Below, piece by piece: positions 35,096 to 44,990 of a stretch of 64,000 nucleotides of DNA. This DNA is from a bacterium (lineage in GTDB: Bacteria; Myxococcota_A; UBA9160; UBA6930): assembly GCA_024226235.1 (NCBI GenBank), contig JAAELW010000085.1, positions 756-64,755 of the forward strand, written 5' to 3'. The notes beneath the pieces were generated by a model. That model was not told the origin of the DNA. It saw only the letters and a list, made by a program, of their open reading frames with translations, and made no database searches. How positions within the stretch are numbered: position 1 is the first letter of the stretch; each line of letters opens with the position of its first letter. The translations under genes and the position numbers were made by a program.

Positions 35096-35231
35096 GAAGC
35101 CCTGGATGAAAACCCCGAGGGCGTCTACGGGCTTCGCCGTCCGGCGACAGACACGCGGTCTTCCCTCGACCCATGCACGCATGCTGCATGTGTGTGATGC
35201 CCAGCACGCCTTCGGCCTGCGACGAGAAGCA

Positions 35232-35244
35232 TTTCAACTCGAAA
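35232..35244. promoter_or_regulatory. TTTCA-N3-CGAAA motif (candidate enhancer/UAS), copy 3
   Basis: ATTTCAACTCGAAAGG, about 140 bp upstream of the flagellin sigma54 promoter. Confidence 0.5.
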
Positions 35245-35325
35245 GGTTGGAACACAATTCGTCGTTCGCGAGCGACGAGGATGCGTGCCAGCACGGCATC
35301 GTTCTTGCGGGACTCCGATCCAGCG

Positions 35326-36462
35326 ATGGAAAGAGACTCCATGAAGGGAAAGGACGATCCGGTCTGCCATGTGACCGCAGAGCTCTGGCCGGAAGTGGTC
35401 GCGTGGCTCGATCGCGGACTTCGGCGCGATATCCAAGGAAGGCTCGAGGCTGAGTACCCGATTTCGCTGCGGCCTGAGAACGCCAGCTCCCAGATCCTGA
35501 TCTGCGACGACGGTCGGCCACTTTCCCATTCGATGTATCAGCACCTGGCCGCACGAATCGGCGATTTGAGGCTGAGGGTGGGGTTGATCGGCCTGGTCTA
35601 CACGGAAGAAGACGCGAGGGGTCGGGGCCTGGCGGGTCGTTGCGTACAGGCCTGCGTGGAAGAGCTTCGAAGCGAAGGTGCAGCCCTGGCCATTCTGTGG
35701 AGCGATCGGCATGCCTTCTACGAGCGATTGGGCTTCCACCCCGCCGGGAGAGAACGATTCCTGACCCTGGATATCGAGGTACTGGAGCGGGCGAGCGCGG
35801 GCGGGAAGTCCGCCATCCAGGTCGATGTCGGCATTCCAGAAGCCAGGGACTGGCCAGCAATCGAAGAGCTCTACGATGCGAGGAGTTTCCGAGCCGAACG
35901 CCGGGCCGGCGATCTCGTCCGGCTGGCTGCGGCGCCTGATGTGGACTTTCGAGTTGCTCGCCGTGCTGGCCGGCCGGTCGCCTATGCAGCGCTCGGTCGC
36001 GGAGATGACTTCGCGGAGGTCGTCCACGAATGGGCCGGTGAGCAAGCGGGCGTATTCGAATGCCTGGCAGCATTGCTTCGCGGGCGTTGTGCAGTAGGCC
36101 TGATGACGGGCCCGGAAGACGGAGCCCTGGTAGCGCGCCTGCGAGCAGCCGGAGCGGCCCAACATCAGGGCATCTTCGGATTGGTGCGCCTGCTCGACCC
36201 GCGCAGACTTTGGAAGAGCGTCCGGTCGGATGTTCCGGAACTCGAGGGGGTCGAGATGGCGTCAACGACGGGCGGGGTTCGCATTGCGGGAAGTGAAGGA
36301 GCCGTGGAAATCACCGAACGAGAGGCGCTTGCATTGCTGCTCGACGGAGCCATCCGTCCTGATCTCTGCGCACTGGCACCTGCGCTCTCACGGCAGGAAC
36401 GCGATGGCCTCGAAAAGCGCCGATCCCTTTCTCTCTATCTCTGGGGCTTCGATTCGATCTGA
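35326..36462 (+). CDS. GNAT-family N-acetyltransferase, long Eis-like architecture
   Basis: RGRGLAGRCVQACVEELRSEGAALAILWSD...FYERLGF acetyl-CoA motif plus a ~220-aa C-terminal extension. Start ATG 35326 or 35341. Only plus-strand gene inside the flagellar block; its 3' end overlaps fliW by 28 nt. Confidence 0.75.
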   Translation: MERDSMKGKDDPVCHVTAELWPEVVAWLDRGLRRDIQGRLEAEYPISLRPENASSQILICDDGRPLSHSMYQHLAARIGDLRLRVGLIGLVYTEEDARGRGLAGRCVQACVEELRSEGAALAILWSDRHAFYERLGFHPAGRERFLTLDIEVLERASAGGKSAIQVDVGIPEARDWPAIEELYDARSFRAERRAGDLVRLAAAPDVDFRVARRAGRPVAYAALGRGDDFAEVVHEWAGEQAGVFECLAALLRGRCAVGLMTGPEDGALVARLRAAGAAQHQGIFGLVRLLDPRRLWKSVRSDVPELEGVEMASTTGGVRIAGSEGAVEITEREALALLLDGAIRPDLCALAPALSRQERDGLEKRRSLSLYLWGFDSI

Positions 36463-36929
36463 GGCGTCACTGGAGCCTGCACCTCGTTCGGGGCAGGCGG
36501 ATCCGGCAGGGATTGCCGTGTCGAGTGGTGGCTCTGCTCCAGAATCACCTGTGCACCTCGGCCGGCTGTGCCATTCACCAGGAGAGGCGCTGCCAGGTTC
36601 AACGTGGTCCCGGACTCCCGAACAGTCGCGATCGCAAGCAACTCGATCCCATCGGGCTTCTGGGTCTCGACTGCATCGAGTTGGGAACGACTGAGCGTGG
36701 GTGAATAGTCGGGAAAGAACTGTTGGGGATTCGTGACGACGAAGGCCAGATCCGATCGATCCAGGCTGACGAGCCACAGGAAGGCCGAGTCCCTGTCATG
36801 TCTCAACAGAACGAAGCGCCTCGCATCGTCGAATCCGGGAAGACCATCGAATGCCAGTACCTGATCGGCCGGGATTTCGAGCCGCCCGAAACGCTGGTGA
36901 TCGATGACTACTTCGTCTGCTCCGCTCAC
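36435..36929 (-). CDS. fliW: flagellar assembly factor FliW
   Basis: 164 aa; [20 protein letters not shown]...FLWLVS...FVVTNP...NLAAPLLVN; GTGA overlap with the csrA stop. Confidence 0.9.
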   Translation of the reverse strand: MSGADEVVIDHQRFGRLEIPADQVLAFDGLPGFDDARRFVLLRHDRDSAFLWLVSLDRSDLAFVVTNPQQFFPDYSPTLSRSQLDAVETQKPDGIELLAIATVRESGTTLNLAAPLLVNGTAGRGAQVILEQSHHSTRQSLPDPPAPNEVQAPVTPQIESKPQR

Positions 36930-37180
36930 TCACCCGCTCCTTCTGGTTTTTCACTGATTGCCGGTTCGGGCAACCAACGCTCCAGATCCTCGATACCGAC
37001 CGTCGACGCCTCCACATTGGCCGCGACGATCCGATCGAGAACTTCCTCCCGGTGCACCGCGACCCGGCCGGGTGCTTCGATCCCGATGCGCACCTGTCCC
37101 CCCGCCGAGCTGATCACTGTGATCCGGATTTCGGATCCGATTCGAACGCTCTCACCGACTCGCCGGGTCAGGACCAACAT
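36926..37180 (-). CDS. csrA: carbon storage regulator CsrA (long, FliW-partnered type)
   Basis: 84 aa; [15 protein letters not shown]...IRITVI...[15 protein letters not shown]. Confidence 0.95.
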   Translation of the reverse strand: MLVLTRRVGESVRIGSEIRITVISSAGGQVRIGIEAPGRVAVHREEVLDRIVAANVEASTVGIEDLERWLPEPAISEKPEGAGE

Positions 37181-37182
37181 GG

Positions 37183-38127
37183 CTAGCCGATGAAGTCCAG
37201 CAGCGTGCTTTGAATCAGCCGGGCGTTGGCCTGGAGTGACGCCTGCAGCGCAACTTCCTGGCTGGCCAGGTCGGAAAAGACCTGCAGGGAATCCGCATCC
37301 TGGGTATCCGACAATCGGGCCGTGAGATCGACGAAGCGGTCGTCGAGACGCTTCTCGAAGGTGTCGAGTTGTGTCAGGGAGGCACCGAAGTGGGTGCGTT
37401 CGACCGAGATCTGGCTCATTGCAGCATCGAGTCTCGGGATCGTGGAGTCGACCTGGGCGACGTTGTTCGTCGCAAGGCCGTCACGCAGATCCGCGAGCAG
37501 TTGGAAGATGTCTTCTCGGCCTCCATCTACGGAGCCGTCCCCGTCGGCATCGCCCATGAATACACGCTGCCCGTTCGCTGTGGCGCGCGTTCGCACGGCC
37601 TCGTCGATCTGGATCTCGATCTCGTTCCTATCGCCTGCAAAGGCTACGGTTGGAGACGATGGCGGTAGGTCGATGAATGGACCCGAAGCCACGAAAGGTG
37701 CGGTATCCGTCGTGTAGCCGCCGAACAATGCGCCGCCCGCGATCCGGGAATTGGCCTCGGCCAGCATGCTCGAGTGAAGGCTCTCGACCTCCTCAGCGAT
37801 CTGGGCTCGCGTCGCCGCATTCTGGGTCGCGTTCGCACCTTGAAGCGCCAGCTCCTTCGCCCGCACCAACAGGTCCGTGGCATTGGCGAGCGCATTCTCC
37901 CCGGAGGACAGCCGCGTTCGTGTCTGGTTGATGTTGCGCTGATACTGAGAGGTGGCCTCGAGACCTGATTTCAGGAGCATCGCGGCGGACGTGCCGACCG
38001 GATCATCGGAAGGCCGATTGATTCGCAGGCCGCTGGCAGCCTGTTCCTGGGTGCGGACGAGTCGGGCCCGCGCACGGTTCAAGTCATCGAGTGCCGAGCG
38101 GATGATCATCGACTGGGTTACACGCAT
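37183..38127 (-). CDS. flgL: flagellar hook-associated protein 3 FlgL
   Basis: 314 aa; MRVTQSM...[15 protein letters not shown] flagellin-like N-terminus; position after flgK. Confidence 0.9.
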   Translation of the reverse strand: MRVTQSMIIRSALDDLNRARARLVRTQEQAASGLRINRPSDDPVGTSAAMLLKSGLEATSQYQRNINQTRTRLSSGENALANATDLLVRAKELALQGANATQNAATRAQIAEEVESLHSSMLAEANSRIAGGALFGGYTTDTAPFVASGPFIDLPPSSPTVAFAGDRNEIEIQIDEAVRTRATANGQRVFMGDADGDGSVDGGREDIFQLLADLRDGLATNNVAQVDSTIPRLDAAMSQISVERTHFGASLTQLDTFEKRLDDRFVDLTARLSDTQDADSLQVFSDLASQEVALQASLQANARLIQSTLLDFIG

Positions 38128-38139
38128 CGCCGCCTCCGC

Positions 38140-39588
38140 CTAGAGTATGTTGACCAGGTCATCGAGCAGTCGCTGCACGACACCGATCACGCGGGAATTC
38201 GCCTGGAAAGCAGCTTGGAGCTTGATCAGATCGGTAACCTGTTCGTCGATCGAAACCCCAGAGACTTCCTCTCGGCGGTTCTCCAGGCTCTCGATGATCT
38301 TTTCCTGCTGAACCAACGCGGAAGTCATGCTCTGGGACTGCTGGCCGACGTCGACTGCCACCGCCACCGCATGTTCGATCACACTGCGGCTGGGGCCCGT
38401 TGCCGGTCCCGGCGGGTCTCCCGGGAGGAAGAGCGGCGTTTTTTGATCTCGCAGACCTGCCAGAGCCAAGGCGTTCTGGTTGTCGCCTGCAGCAGAGGTG
38501 AGCCCGGCCGCAATGTCGTCTGGATTGGTGAGAATGTTCGCTGCGATCGACAGGTCGCGCGCGGCGTCCTCAACAGCGGGGAGCGCAGTGAAGAAGTCGC
38601 CCGTCGCACCCGTGAGCCCTTGCCCGGCGTTGTGCACAGTATTCACACTGGTGGTCAGATTGTAGGCCACCGTATCCAGGGCTCGAATGGCTCCGGGGAG
38701 GATCGTATCGCGGGAACGGAGCTGCCCCCCTAGCTCCCCTGCGCCGATCTCGGCCGTGATGTCGCGGGTGCTCAATTGGTCGATCAGCTGGATTCGAGAG
38801 AAACCCGTGTTGAACGGATTGGTCGGGTCGGGAGCGAGGCCTAGCGACCTTGCTCGCCCCCCCTCGACCAGAGCGGCGCCACTGATCATGCTGACTGTGA
38901 CATTGCCATCCGAGTTTTCCAGATGGGTGACATCGAGAATTCCCGAAAGCTCGCGAAGCAACCCTTCTCGCTGGTCACGCAGGTCGTTGGCTGGGCTCGT
39001 GGTATTGATTTCTGCTCGAGCGATTTCGCCGTTCAGCGTGTTGATGCCGTCCAGGATGTCGTTCACCCGGGGCAAGGTCGCCTGGATTCCATCGTTGGTG
39101 GAGGCCATCAGATCCCGTAGTCGATCGTCGGTAGCGTGGATCGAATCGACGACTGCCTGAGAAGAAGCCACGAGTGCCGCGCGCTCGGCCGGCGCACCGG
39201 GGGAGGAGGATGTTGCAAGATCATCGAGCGCATCGTAGAACTGGCCGAGTGCTTCGGTGAGTCCACCCGTATCCTGCTCGTTCAGGATTTCCTCGACCAG
39301 GGTCAGCACTCCGGCCTGAGCGTCGACAGACGCCGTTTCGCCTCGTTGACGAATCAGTTGGGTCTGCACGAAGGGATCGGTGATCCGCTGAACGCCCAGA
39401 AAGAGCGAACCCGCGCCCAACAGGCCAACCGAGGTCTGGATCGGGTTGTCCGCGGCGTACAATGCCCGCTGCTGGGTGTAACCGGGCGTATTGGCGTTCG
39501 CGATGTTATGGCCGACAACGCGCACGCCGGCCTGGGTGACGAGCAACCCCTTCCGAGCAACGTCGAGCGCGCCGAAGATACCCGTCAT
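38140..39588 (-). CDS. flgK: flagellar hook-associated protein 1 FlgK
   Basis: 482 aa; GHNIANANTPGYTQQ and C-terminal LIKLQAAFQANSRVI. Confidence 0.95.
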   Translation of the reverse strand: MTGIFGALDVARKGLLVTQAGVRVVGHNIANANTPGYTQQRALYAADNPIQTSVGLLGAGSLFLGVQRITDPFVQTQLIRQRGETASVDAQAGVLTLVEEILNEQDTGGLTEALGQFYDALDDLATSSSPGAPAERAALVASSQAVVDSIHATDDRLRDLMASTNDGIQATLPRVNDILDGINTLNGEIARAEINTTSPANDLRDQREGLLRELSGILDVTHLENSDGNVTVSMISGAALVEGGRARSLGLAPDPTNPFNTGFSRIQLIDQLSTRDITAEIGAGELGGQLRSRDTILPGAIRALDTVAYNLTTSVNTVHNAGQGLTGATGDFFTALPAVEDAARDLSIAANILTNPDDIAAGLTSAAGDNQNALALAGLRDQKTPLFLPGDPPGPATGPSRSVIEHAVAVAVDVGQQSQSMTSALVQQEKIIESLENRREEVSGVSIDEQVTDLIKLQAAFQANSRVIGVVQRLLDDLVNIL

Positions 39589-39597
39589 GGCAACGCC

Positions 39598-40119
39598 CTA
39601 CACCGTCCGCCGAATGAGCTGACCCACCCCAGACCTGCCCGCGGAGCTGCCATCTGTGATTGATTCCGGCGCGTAGGTGACCTCGAAAGGCACGAGCCCT
39701 CCGAGCAGGCGCAGGGTTCCGCGCACCTGGGAGAGCGCATTGCCCGCAAGTACGTTGTTCGCGTCCATCAGCTCCCGAACCACACTGACCAACACGACGA
39801 GCCGGGTATGTGCCTCGCGCAATGCACGACCCTCAGGGCCGATCCTCTCACAGATCGTAGAGAGGCGCGGTCGCACTTCGTCGAAGCCCAGCTCGCGAGT
39901 CATCATTTCGCACAGGGACATTCTTGTCTCTTCGACCAAACGGCCTTCGTCCGCCAGCTCCTCTTTTCGTCTTGCAACGTCTTCCAGGCCTTCGGCGTCC
40001 AAAGTGACCATCAAACCATGCTCTTGCTGGAGCAAATCCCTGAGTTCGACGTAGAGCTTTTCCTCGGCATCGAGCACTGATGCCAGGCCAGTGATCCCGG
40101 CTTCCAGGTTTGAGGTCAC
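39598..40119 (-). CDS. flgN: FlgN-family flagellar chaperone
   Basis: 173 aa; LASVLDAEEKLYVELRDLLQQE pattern; position directly upstream of flgK. Confidence 0.75.
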   Translation of the reverse strand: MTSNLEAGITGLASVLDAEEKLYVELRDLLQQEHGLMVTLDAEGLEDVARRKEELADEGRLVEETRMSLCEMMTRELGFDEVRPRLSTICERIGPEGRALREAHTRLVVLVSVVRELMDANNVLAGNALSQVRGTLRLLGGLVPFEVTYAPESITDGSSAGRSGVGQLIRRTV

Positions 40120-40418
40120 TTGCCTTCCTCCGCTCCGGAACTCGCAACACCAAGCTCCCGTTCCACCGCCTCGGCAAGACCGAAGCTGCCTCCGCCCTCA
40201 CGGACGATCTGGTCGAGGAACATCTCATTCCACATACGTCCGGCCGAGCCTCCCGAGAGCATGCCCTCTTCGAGCAGAGGCTTGCTGGCTTGCTTCATCA
40301 TCTCACCGACCAGCAAAGCCTCGAATTCGCGAGCCACCTTCTGCAAAGCGCCGGCATCATTTCGCTCTGCGGCAGCTCCAAGGCTGCGCAATCCCTCGAG
40401 GCTTGCGGGGTCCATCAC
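40116..40418 (-). CDS. flgJ: rod-binding protein (FlgJ N-terminal domain only, no muramidase)
   Basis: 100 aa; REFEALLVGEMMKQASKP typical of the FlgJ rod-binding domain. Confidence 0.8.
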   Translation of the reverse strand: MMDPASLEGLRSLGAAAERNDAGALQKVAREFEALLVGEMMKQASKPLLEEGMLSGGSAGRMWNEMFLDQIVREGGGSFGLAEAVERELGVASSGAEEGK

Positions 40419-41509
40419 ATCACCTGGATTTCGGCTGAGAGGGCGCCTGCCGCCTTGATGGCCTGAAGGATCGAAATCAAGTCACGCGGTGTCACACCCA
40501 TCGCATTCAGACCGCGCACCAGCTCGTCGATCGTCACCGGTCCGTCGATCACCGTCAGCCGGGCATCCTCTTCTACCGCAGTGATCTCGTCGTTCACGAC
40601 CTCTGTGGTCTCACCCTCCGAGAATGGCAGCGGCTGGGATACATCGTTCCGGATCCGGATCGTCACGGAGAGCGAACCATGGGAGATCGCGACCTTGGAG
40701 ATGGAGACGTTCTGTCCCATCACCACCGTTCCAGTGCGCTCGTTCAGAACGACGCGTGCGGCCTGATCGGGGTCGACCTCGATCGACTCGACTGCCGCCA
40801 GGAACCCCACTACATCGGATCGATAGTGGGCCGGCACCTGCACCCGTACCGTCCCGGGGTCCGGGGCAATGGCAACATCCTCACCGAGCTCCCGGTTGAT
40901 GGACTTGGCAATCCGCCGAGCGGTAGTGAAATCCGCCTCCGCCAGGGCCACATCAAAGGCATCTTTGCGATCGATCTCGAAGCTGAGTTCGCGCTCGATG
41001 GTTGCACCGCCAGCAAGGCGGCCAACCGTCGTGTGGTTCTTGGACACGGACGAACCGCCTCCTCCGCCCGCAGAGAATCCCCCCACCGACACCGAACCCT
41101 GGGCAATGGCATAGACCTCGCCATCTGCACCGAAGAGCGGCGTCATGATCAGGGTGCCGCCTTCAAGACTGGTGGCATCACCGAGCGATGAAACCGTCGA
41201 ATCGATCCGCGAGCCCGTTCGGGCGAACGGCGGAAGCGAAGCCGTGACCACGACAGCCGCGACGTTCTTGACCTGGATCTGGTCTGCATCGACCCCGATT
41301 CCCATCCGGGCCAGAACGCTTGCGAGCGATCGAACCGTGAATTCGGTCCCGTTCTTGTCGCCGGTCCCTTTGAGCCCGACGACCAGACCATACCCGGTCA
41401 GCTGGTTGGCGCGGACGCCCCTGAAGGAAGCGATGTCCTTCAGGCGGACGGCTGATGCCGGTGCAGCCAGCACCACAAACAGGATCATCGCGATGAGTCG
41501 GTGGAACAT
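40415..41509 (-). CDS. flgI: flagellar P-ring protein FlgI
   Basis: Signal peptide MFHRLIAMILFVVLAAPASA then RLKDIASFRGVRANQLTGYGLVVGLKGTGD; ATG 41509 (TGATG overlap with the flgH stop) preferred over 41527. Confidence 0.95.
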   Translation of the reverse strand: MFHRLIAMILFVVLAAPASAVRLKDIASFRGVRANQLTGYGLVVGLKGTGDKNGTEFTVRSLASVLARMGIGVDADQIQVKNVAAVVVTASLPPFARTGSRIDSTVSSLGDATSLEGGTLIMTPLFGADGEVYAIAQGSVSVGGFSAGGGGGSSVSKNHTTVGRLAGGATIERELSFEIDRKDAFDVALAEADFTTARRIAKSINRELGEDVAIAPDPGTVRVQVPAHYRSDVVGFLAAVESIEVDPDQAARVVLNERTGTVVMGQNVSISKVAISHGSLSVTIRIRNDVSQPLPFSEGETTEVVNDEITAVEEDARLTVIDGPVTIDELVRGLNAMGVTPRDLISILQAIKAAGALSAEIQVM

Positions 41510-42279
41510 CAGAACGGGTAGACCCAATTGATCAGCCTCGAAATCAACGGCGGTCGCTGCTTGTCATCGATCACACCGATTCCGTCGTAAGTGAGCTTCG
41601 CATCGGCCAGAACCGAAGACGGCGCGGTGTTGTCGATGCTGATGTCTTCGCGGCGCAACAGGCCTTCGACAGTGATCCACTGCAGATCGTGGTTGACTGC
41701 GATCTGGCGCTGGCCGAATACATGGAAGACACCCCCGGGCAGGACGTCTACGACGCGGCACGTCACGATCGCGGTGAACTGGCCACTGCGAGCCGTCTGC
41801 CCGTCCCCATCGAACTCGCTCCCACCACTCCCGCTGATCACATTGACTTCCTCGCCCGCGGCAGCGGTCCCCCCCGCGCCGTCTATGCCGAGAGCCTTGA
41901 AGAGCTCACCTGCCCCTTCCTGGAGCAGCTGGGTGAACCCGATATCGGAAGTCAGACTGGCGTTGTAGGTCGTGGAATGGTCGAGTTCCGTACTGGCCGT
42001 GCCAGCCGCCGACGGGTTCTCCGCAACCAGCACGGTGACCAGATCCCCGATACCGCGGGCCTTCCGGTCGAAGTAGAGGAATGATCCGCCCGCCGTTCCG
42101 CCGCTCCAGATGGCCCCTTCAGTCGGAGGAGGCCCCGGGGCTCGTGGCGGAGCGGGGTAGCGACGAGGCATGGCGATGTCTCGCATCGCGGTCTCGACGC
42201 AGCCGAGCTGGGTCAGGGCCACCAGCAAGGCGATACCAAGGAACACCCGTCGTCTAGAACTCCACATGGATGGCTCCAT
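41509..42279 (-). CDS. flgH: flagellar L-ring lipoprotein FlgH
   Basis: Lipobox LTQLGC; GDLVTVLV...; start 42279 or 42267. Confidence 0.95.
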   Translation of the reverse strand: MEPSMWSSRRRVFLGIALLVALTQLGCVETAMRDIAMPRRYPAPPRAPGPPPTEGAIWSGGTAGGSFLYFDRKARGIGDLVTVLVAENPSAAGTASTELDHSTTYNASLTSDIGFTQLLQEGAGELFKALGIDGAGGTAAAGEEVNVISGSGGSEFDGDGQTARSGQFTAIVTCRVVDVLPGGVFHVFGQRQIAVNHDLQWITVEGLLRREDISIDNTAPSSVLADAKLTYDGIGVIDDKQRPPLISRLINWVYPF

Positions 42280-42964
42280 CTGCTTCGACGCGGCCTAGCA
42301 ATTCGCGTCTCGAGTCGGCGTTCACGACCCGGACCCATTCGCCCTCGCGCGCGTCCTTGCGCACCACACCTTTTCCTTCGATGAGCAACCTTCCGTGAGC
42401 GAGCCGCAGGCGTACCAGCTCACCGCGTTTCACCAGCGGAGGAATCTCGGCCCACGAGAGTTGCCAAAGAGCTCCCGGAACGACCCGGCGCCGCGCCCGC
42501 TTTCCGATCAATGCGGTCGGATCGTCGAGCCAGGCGCTTCCGAGGTCCGAAACGTCCCGATCCTCGAGCTTCAGATCCTCCGGTTGGATCAGCTGCCCCC
42601 GTTGAACCGGGGCCGCAGCAACGACCACGGGAACGTCTGCATGAACACGGGCATTGACGACGCCGCGTCGCAAGATGCGGCCGCTGGCGATCAGGGTCAC
42701 CGTCACCGGGACACGGCCCAGGCGCGGTGCCTTGGGATGGGATCGGACCTCGATGTCGACATCCGCCTTGGAAAGCCCGGGCACGAAGAAATCGAGCAGT
42801 GGCGGTACCTCGATGCTGCGGGTCGGCAACGGCGCGCGTTCCTCCAGATACGCGATGATCGCCTCTCGTAGGCCGTAGGGAGAGCTGGACGGCGTCGCTT
42901 CAGCCGCCCGGTACGGCGCACCAAGAAGAACGAGAACGATTCCCAGCGGCAGGAGTGTACGCAT
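42254..42964 (-). CDS. flgA: flagellar P-ring assembly chaperone FlgA
   Basis: 236 aa; signal peptide, SAF-like C-terminus (RGELVRLRLAHGRLLIEGKGVVRKDAREGEWVRV). Confidence 0.85.
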   Translation of the reverse strand: MRTLLPLGIVLVLLGAPYRAAEATPSSSPYGLREAIIAYLEERAPLPTRSIEVPPLLDFFVPGLSKADVDIEVRSHPKAPRLGRVPVTVTLIASGRILRRGVVNARVHADVPVVVAAAPVQRGQLIQPEDLKLEDRDVSDLGSAWLDDPTALIGKRARRRVVPGALWQLSWAEIPPLVKRGELVRLRLAHGRLLIEGKGVVRKDAREGEWVRVVNADSRRELLGRVEADGAIHVEF

Positions 42965-43743
42965 CAGATGTTCGCTGCAGTCTGGAGCATCTCGTCACCG
43001 GCCTGAATCACGCGGCTGTTCACTTCGAATGCGCGTTGAGCCAGGATCATCTTCACCAACTCTTCGGCCATGTTCACGTTCGACGATTCGAGAAACCCCT
43101 GGCCGATCGTGCCGAAGCCCGTGGACCCAGGTGTTCCGGTCTCTGCGTCGCCAGACGACTCGCTCGGAACGAACAGGTTGTTGCCCAGAGCGCGCATCCC
43201 AGAGGGATTCGCGAAGCGCGCAATTTCGAGCTGCCCGAGCTGCTGGGGTGCCGTTTGTCCCGCGATCAGCGCCGAAACGGTCCCATCTTGCAACACTGTC
43301 ACCTGAATGGCATCGATCGGAATCTGGATGTTGGGATCGAGAAGATTCCCCTGGTCGTTCACCAGGTTGCCGTCGGAATCCAGATGGAAAGAGCCGTCGC
43401 GGGTATAGAGGACCTGGCCACCGGTATCCGCGATCTGGAAGAGGCCATCGCCATCGATCGAGAGGTCGAAGTCTCGGCCCGTATTCGTTCGAGTGCCCTG
43501 TGAGAAGACCCGATTCATACCACCGAGCTTCACCCCGTGTCCCACCTGGGCTCCGGTCGGCAGTGTCGTGCCGTCTGCCGACTGGGCTCCCGGAGCTTGA
43601 AGGGTCTCATAGAAGAGATCCTGGAATTCGGCGCGACTCTTCTTGAAGCCGGTCGTGGAGACGTTCGCCAGGTTGTTGGCGATCGTGTCAATGCGGAGCT
43701 GCTGGGCGTCCATCCCGGTCGCCGCTGTGAACATTGCCCTCAT
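42964..43743 (-). CDS. flgG: flagellar distal rod protein FlgG
   Basis: 259 aa; TGMDAQQLRIDTIANNLANVSTTGFKKSRAEFQDL, C-terminal MILAQRAFEVNSRVI. Confidence 0.95.
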   Translation of the reverse strand: MRAMFTAATGMDAQQLRIDTIANNLANVSTTGFKKSRAEFQDLFYETLQAPGAQSADGTTLPTGAQVGHGVKLGGMNRVFSQGTRTNTGRDFDLSIDGDGLFQIADTGGQVLYTRDGSFHLDSDGNLVNDQGNLLDPNIQIPIDAIQVTVLQDGTVSALIAGQTAPQQLGQLEIARFANPSGMRALGNNLFVPSESSGDAETGTPGSTGFGTIGQGFLESSNVNMAEELVKMILAQRAFEVNSRVIQAGDEMLQTAANI

Positions 43744-44480
43744 TGTGAGAACTCCCGAATCAATTGGTCGGTTGCGCTGTCATCTGCTCGCATGACTTGC
43801 ATGCTGGCATCGAATTGGCGTTGCAGGATCATCATCGTGGCGAGTTCCTGAACGGCCTTGACGTTCGATCGCTCCACGGAACGAGGCAGCATGCGTACCG
43901 TTCCGACGGGAATTCCGACCGCTTCGGGTGGCGCACGGAAGAGGTTCGAACCCTCTTTCTGCAGCATCCGGGGATCGTCGAATTCCTCGACGCGTAGCCG
44001 GCCGAGTACATCGCCCTGGCTGTCCACGATCTCTCCACTGGCACGGATCTCGGCCTGGGTCGAGCCCACCTGGATCGGCCCGCCATCTCCCAGCACCGGG
44101 CGACCATCCAGGGTCGAGAGGGTTCCCGCGGCATCCACGATGAAGGAGCCGGCACGCGTGTATCGGATCCCAGCCGGGGTCTCGACCGCAAAGAAGCCGG
44201 GCCCATCGATCGCTGCATCGAGAGCTCGGCCCGTGCTGGCGATGACGCCCGTGCTTTGATCGCTGGTCACCCCGGCAAGTGCCACGAAGGATCGGGCTGG
44301 ACTGCCCGAAGCGAGACCGCCTTCCGTATCGCGAATCTGGGATTCGAGGGCAGCCTGGAACTGCGGCCGATCGGCCTTGTACCCGAGCGTATCCACGTTC
44401 GCGAGATTGTTCGCCGTGGATTCAAGCTGCTGGAAGCGAGCGATGGCTCCGGATGTCGAGACGTAGAGCTCGGTACCCAA
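43740..44480 (-). CDS. flgF: flagellar proximal rod protein FlgF
   Basis: 246 aa; TTG start with GGAGG SD; ANNLANVDTLGYKADR; MILQRQFDASMQVM. Confidence 0.9.
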   Translation of the reverse strand: MGTELYVSTSGAIARFQQLESTANNLANVDTLGYKADRPQFQAALESQIRDTEGGLASGSPARSFVALAGVTSDQSTGVIASTGRALDAAIDGPGFFAVETPAGIRYTRAGSFIVDAAGTLSTLDGRPVLGDGGPIQVGSTQAEIRASGEIVDSQGDVLGRLRVEEFDDPRMLQKEGSNLFRAPPEAVGIPVGTVRMLPRSVERSNVKAVQELATMMILQRQFDASMQVMRADDSATDQLIREFSQ

Positions 44481-44518
44481 CGTGGGCCTCCTCAGAAGGG
44501 AACACGGAGACCCGAAAG

Positions 44519-44534
44519 AGCAAGACCCATGCCA
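44519..44534 (-). promoter_or_regulatory. sigma54 (-24/-12) promoter of the flgF-to-fliW operon
   Basis: Minus-strand reading TGGCATGGGTCTTGCT, about 40 nt upstream of the flgF start. Confidence 0.8.
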
Positions 44535-44659
44535 CCTGAAGGTAGGAAGAACTTGCCGGGTGAAACGTCTCTAACCCCGGCTGAGCCCGTTTGGCGCACG
44601 CCAGGAGGTGAATGCAAGGCGCAAGCGGCAAGTTAGGCCCCCATCCCGTTTCACTCGGG

Positions 44660-44672
44660 TTTCAACCTGAAC
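44660..44672. promoter_or_regulatory. TTTCA-N3-TGAAC motif (candidate enhancer/UAS), copy 2
   Basis: GTTTCAACCTGAACGCCGG, about 130 bp upstream of the flgF sigma54 promoter; an extra TTTCA half-site at 44649..44653. Confidence 0.55.
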
Positions 44673-44680
44673 GCCGGGAA

Positions 44681-44965
44681 TCAGATTCGGATGTCGAGGC
44701 GACGACCGCGGATATCACGAACCGAATCGGATGCATCGTTCTTGTGAACGGCTTCGTCGTCGTGCCCCGCCTCGGCCCGGCGCGCCTCGGGTGAAAGCTC
44801 CAACTCCAGATCCGCTGTTCCGCCCTCATCGTCCCGAGCGCGACGGAATGCGTTTCGCCGGTGCTCATCGAATCGGCGCCGTTGTTGGTCGCGTTCGCCC
44901 GCCTCCCGGGCCTTGGTGACGGCCGGCGCAGGCGTTCTGGAGGTGATCGGATTGCTTTCCATCAC
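44681..44965 (-). CDS. hypothetical charged protein (94 aa)
   Basis: Last ORF of the fliL-to-flhG transcription unit, 25 nt after the HDOD gene; Arg/Asp/Glu-rich; no family recognised. Confidence 0.4.
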   Translation of the reverse strand: MMESNPITSRTPAPAVTKAREAGERDQQRRRFDEHRRNAFRRARDDEGGTADLELELSPEARRAEAGHDDEAVHKNDASDSVRDIRGRRLDIRI

Positions 44966-44990
44966 GGGCCTCCCGTGTGTCGAGTCGAAG

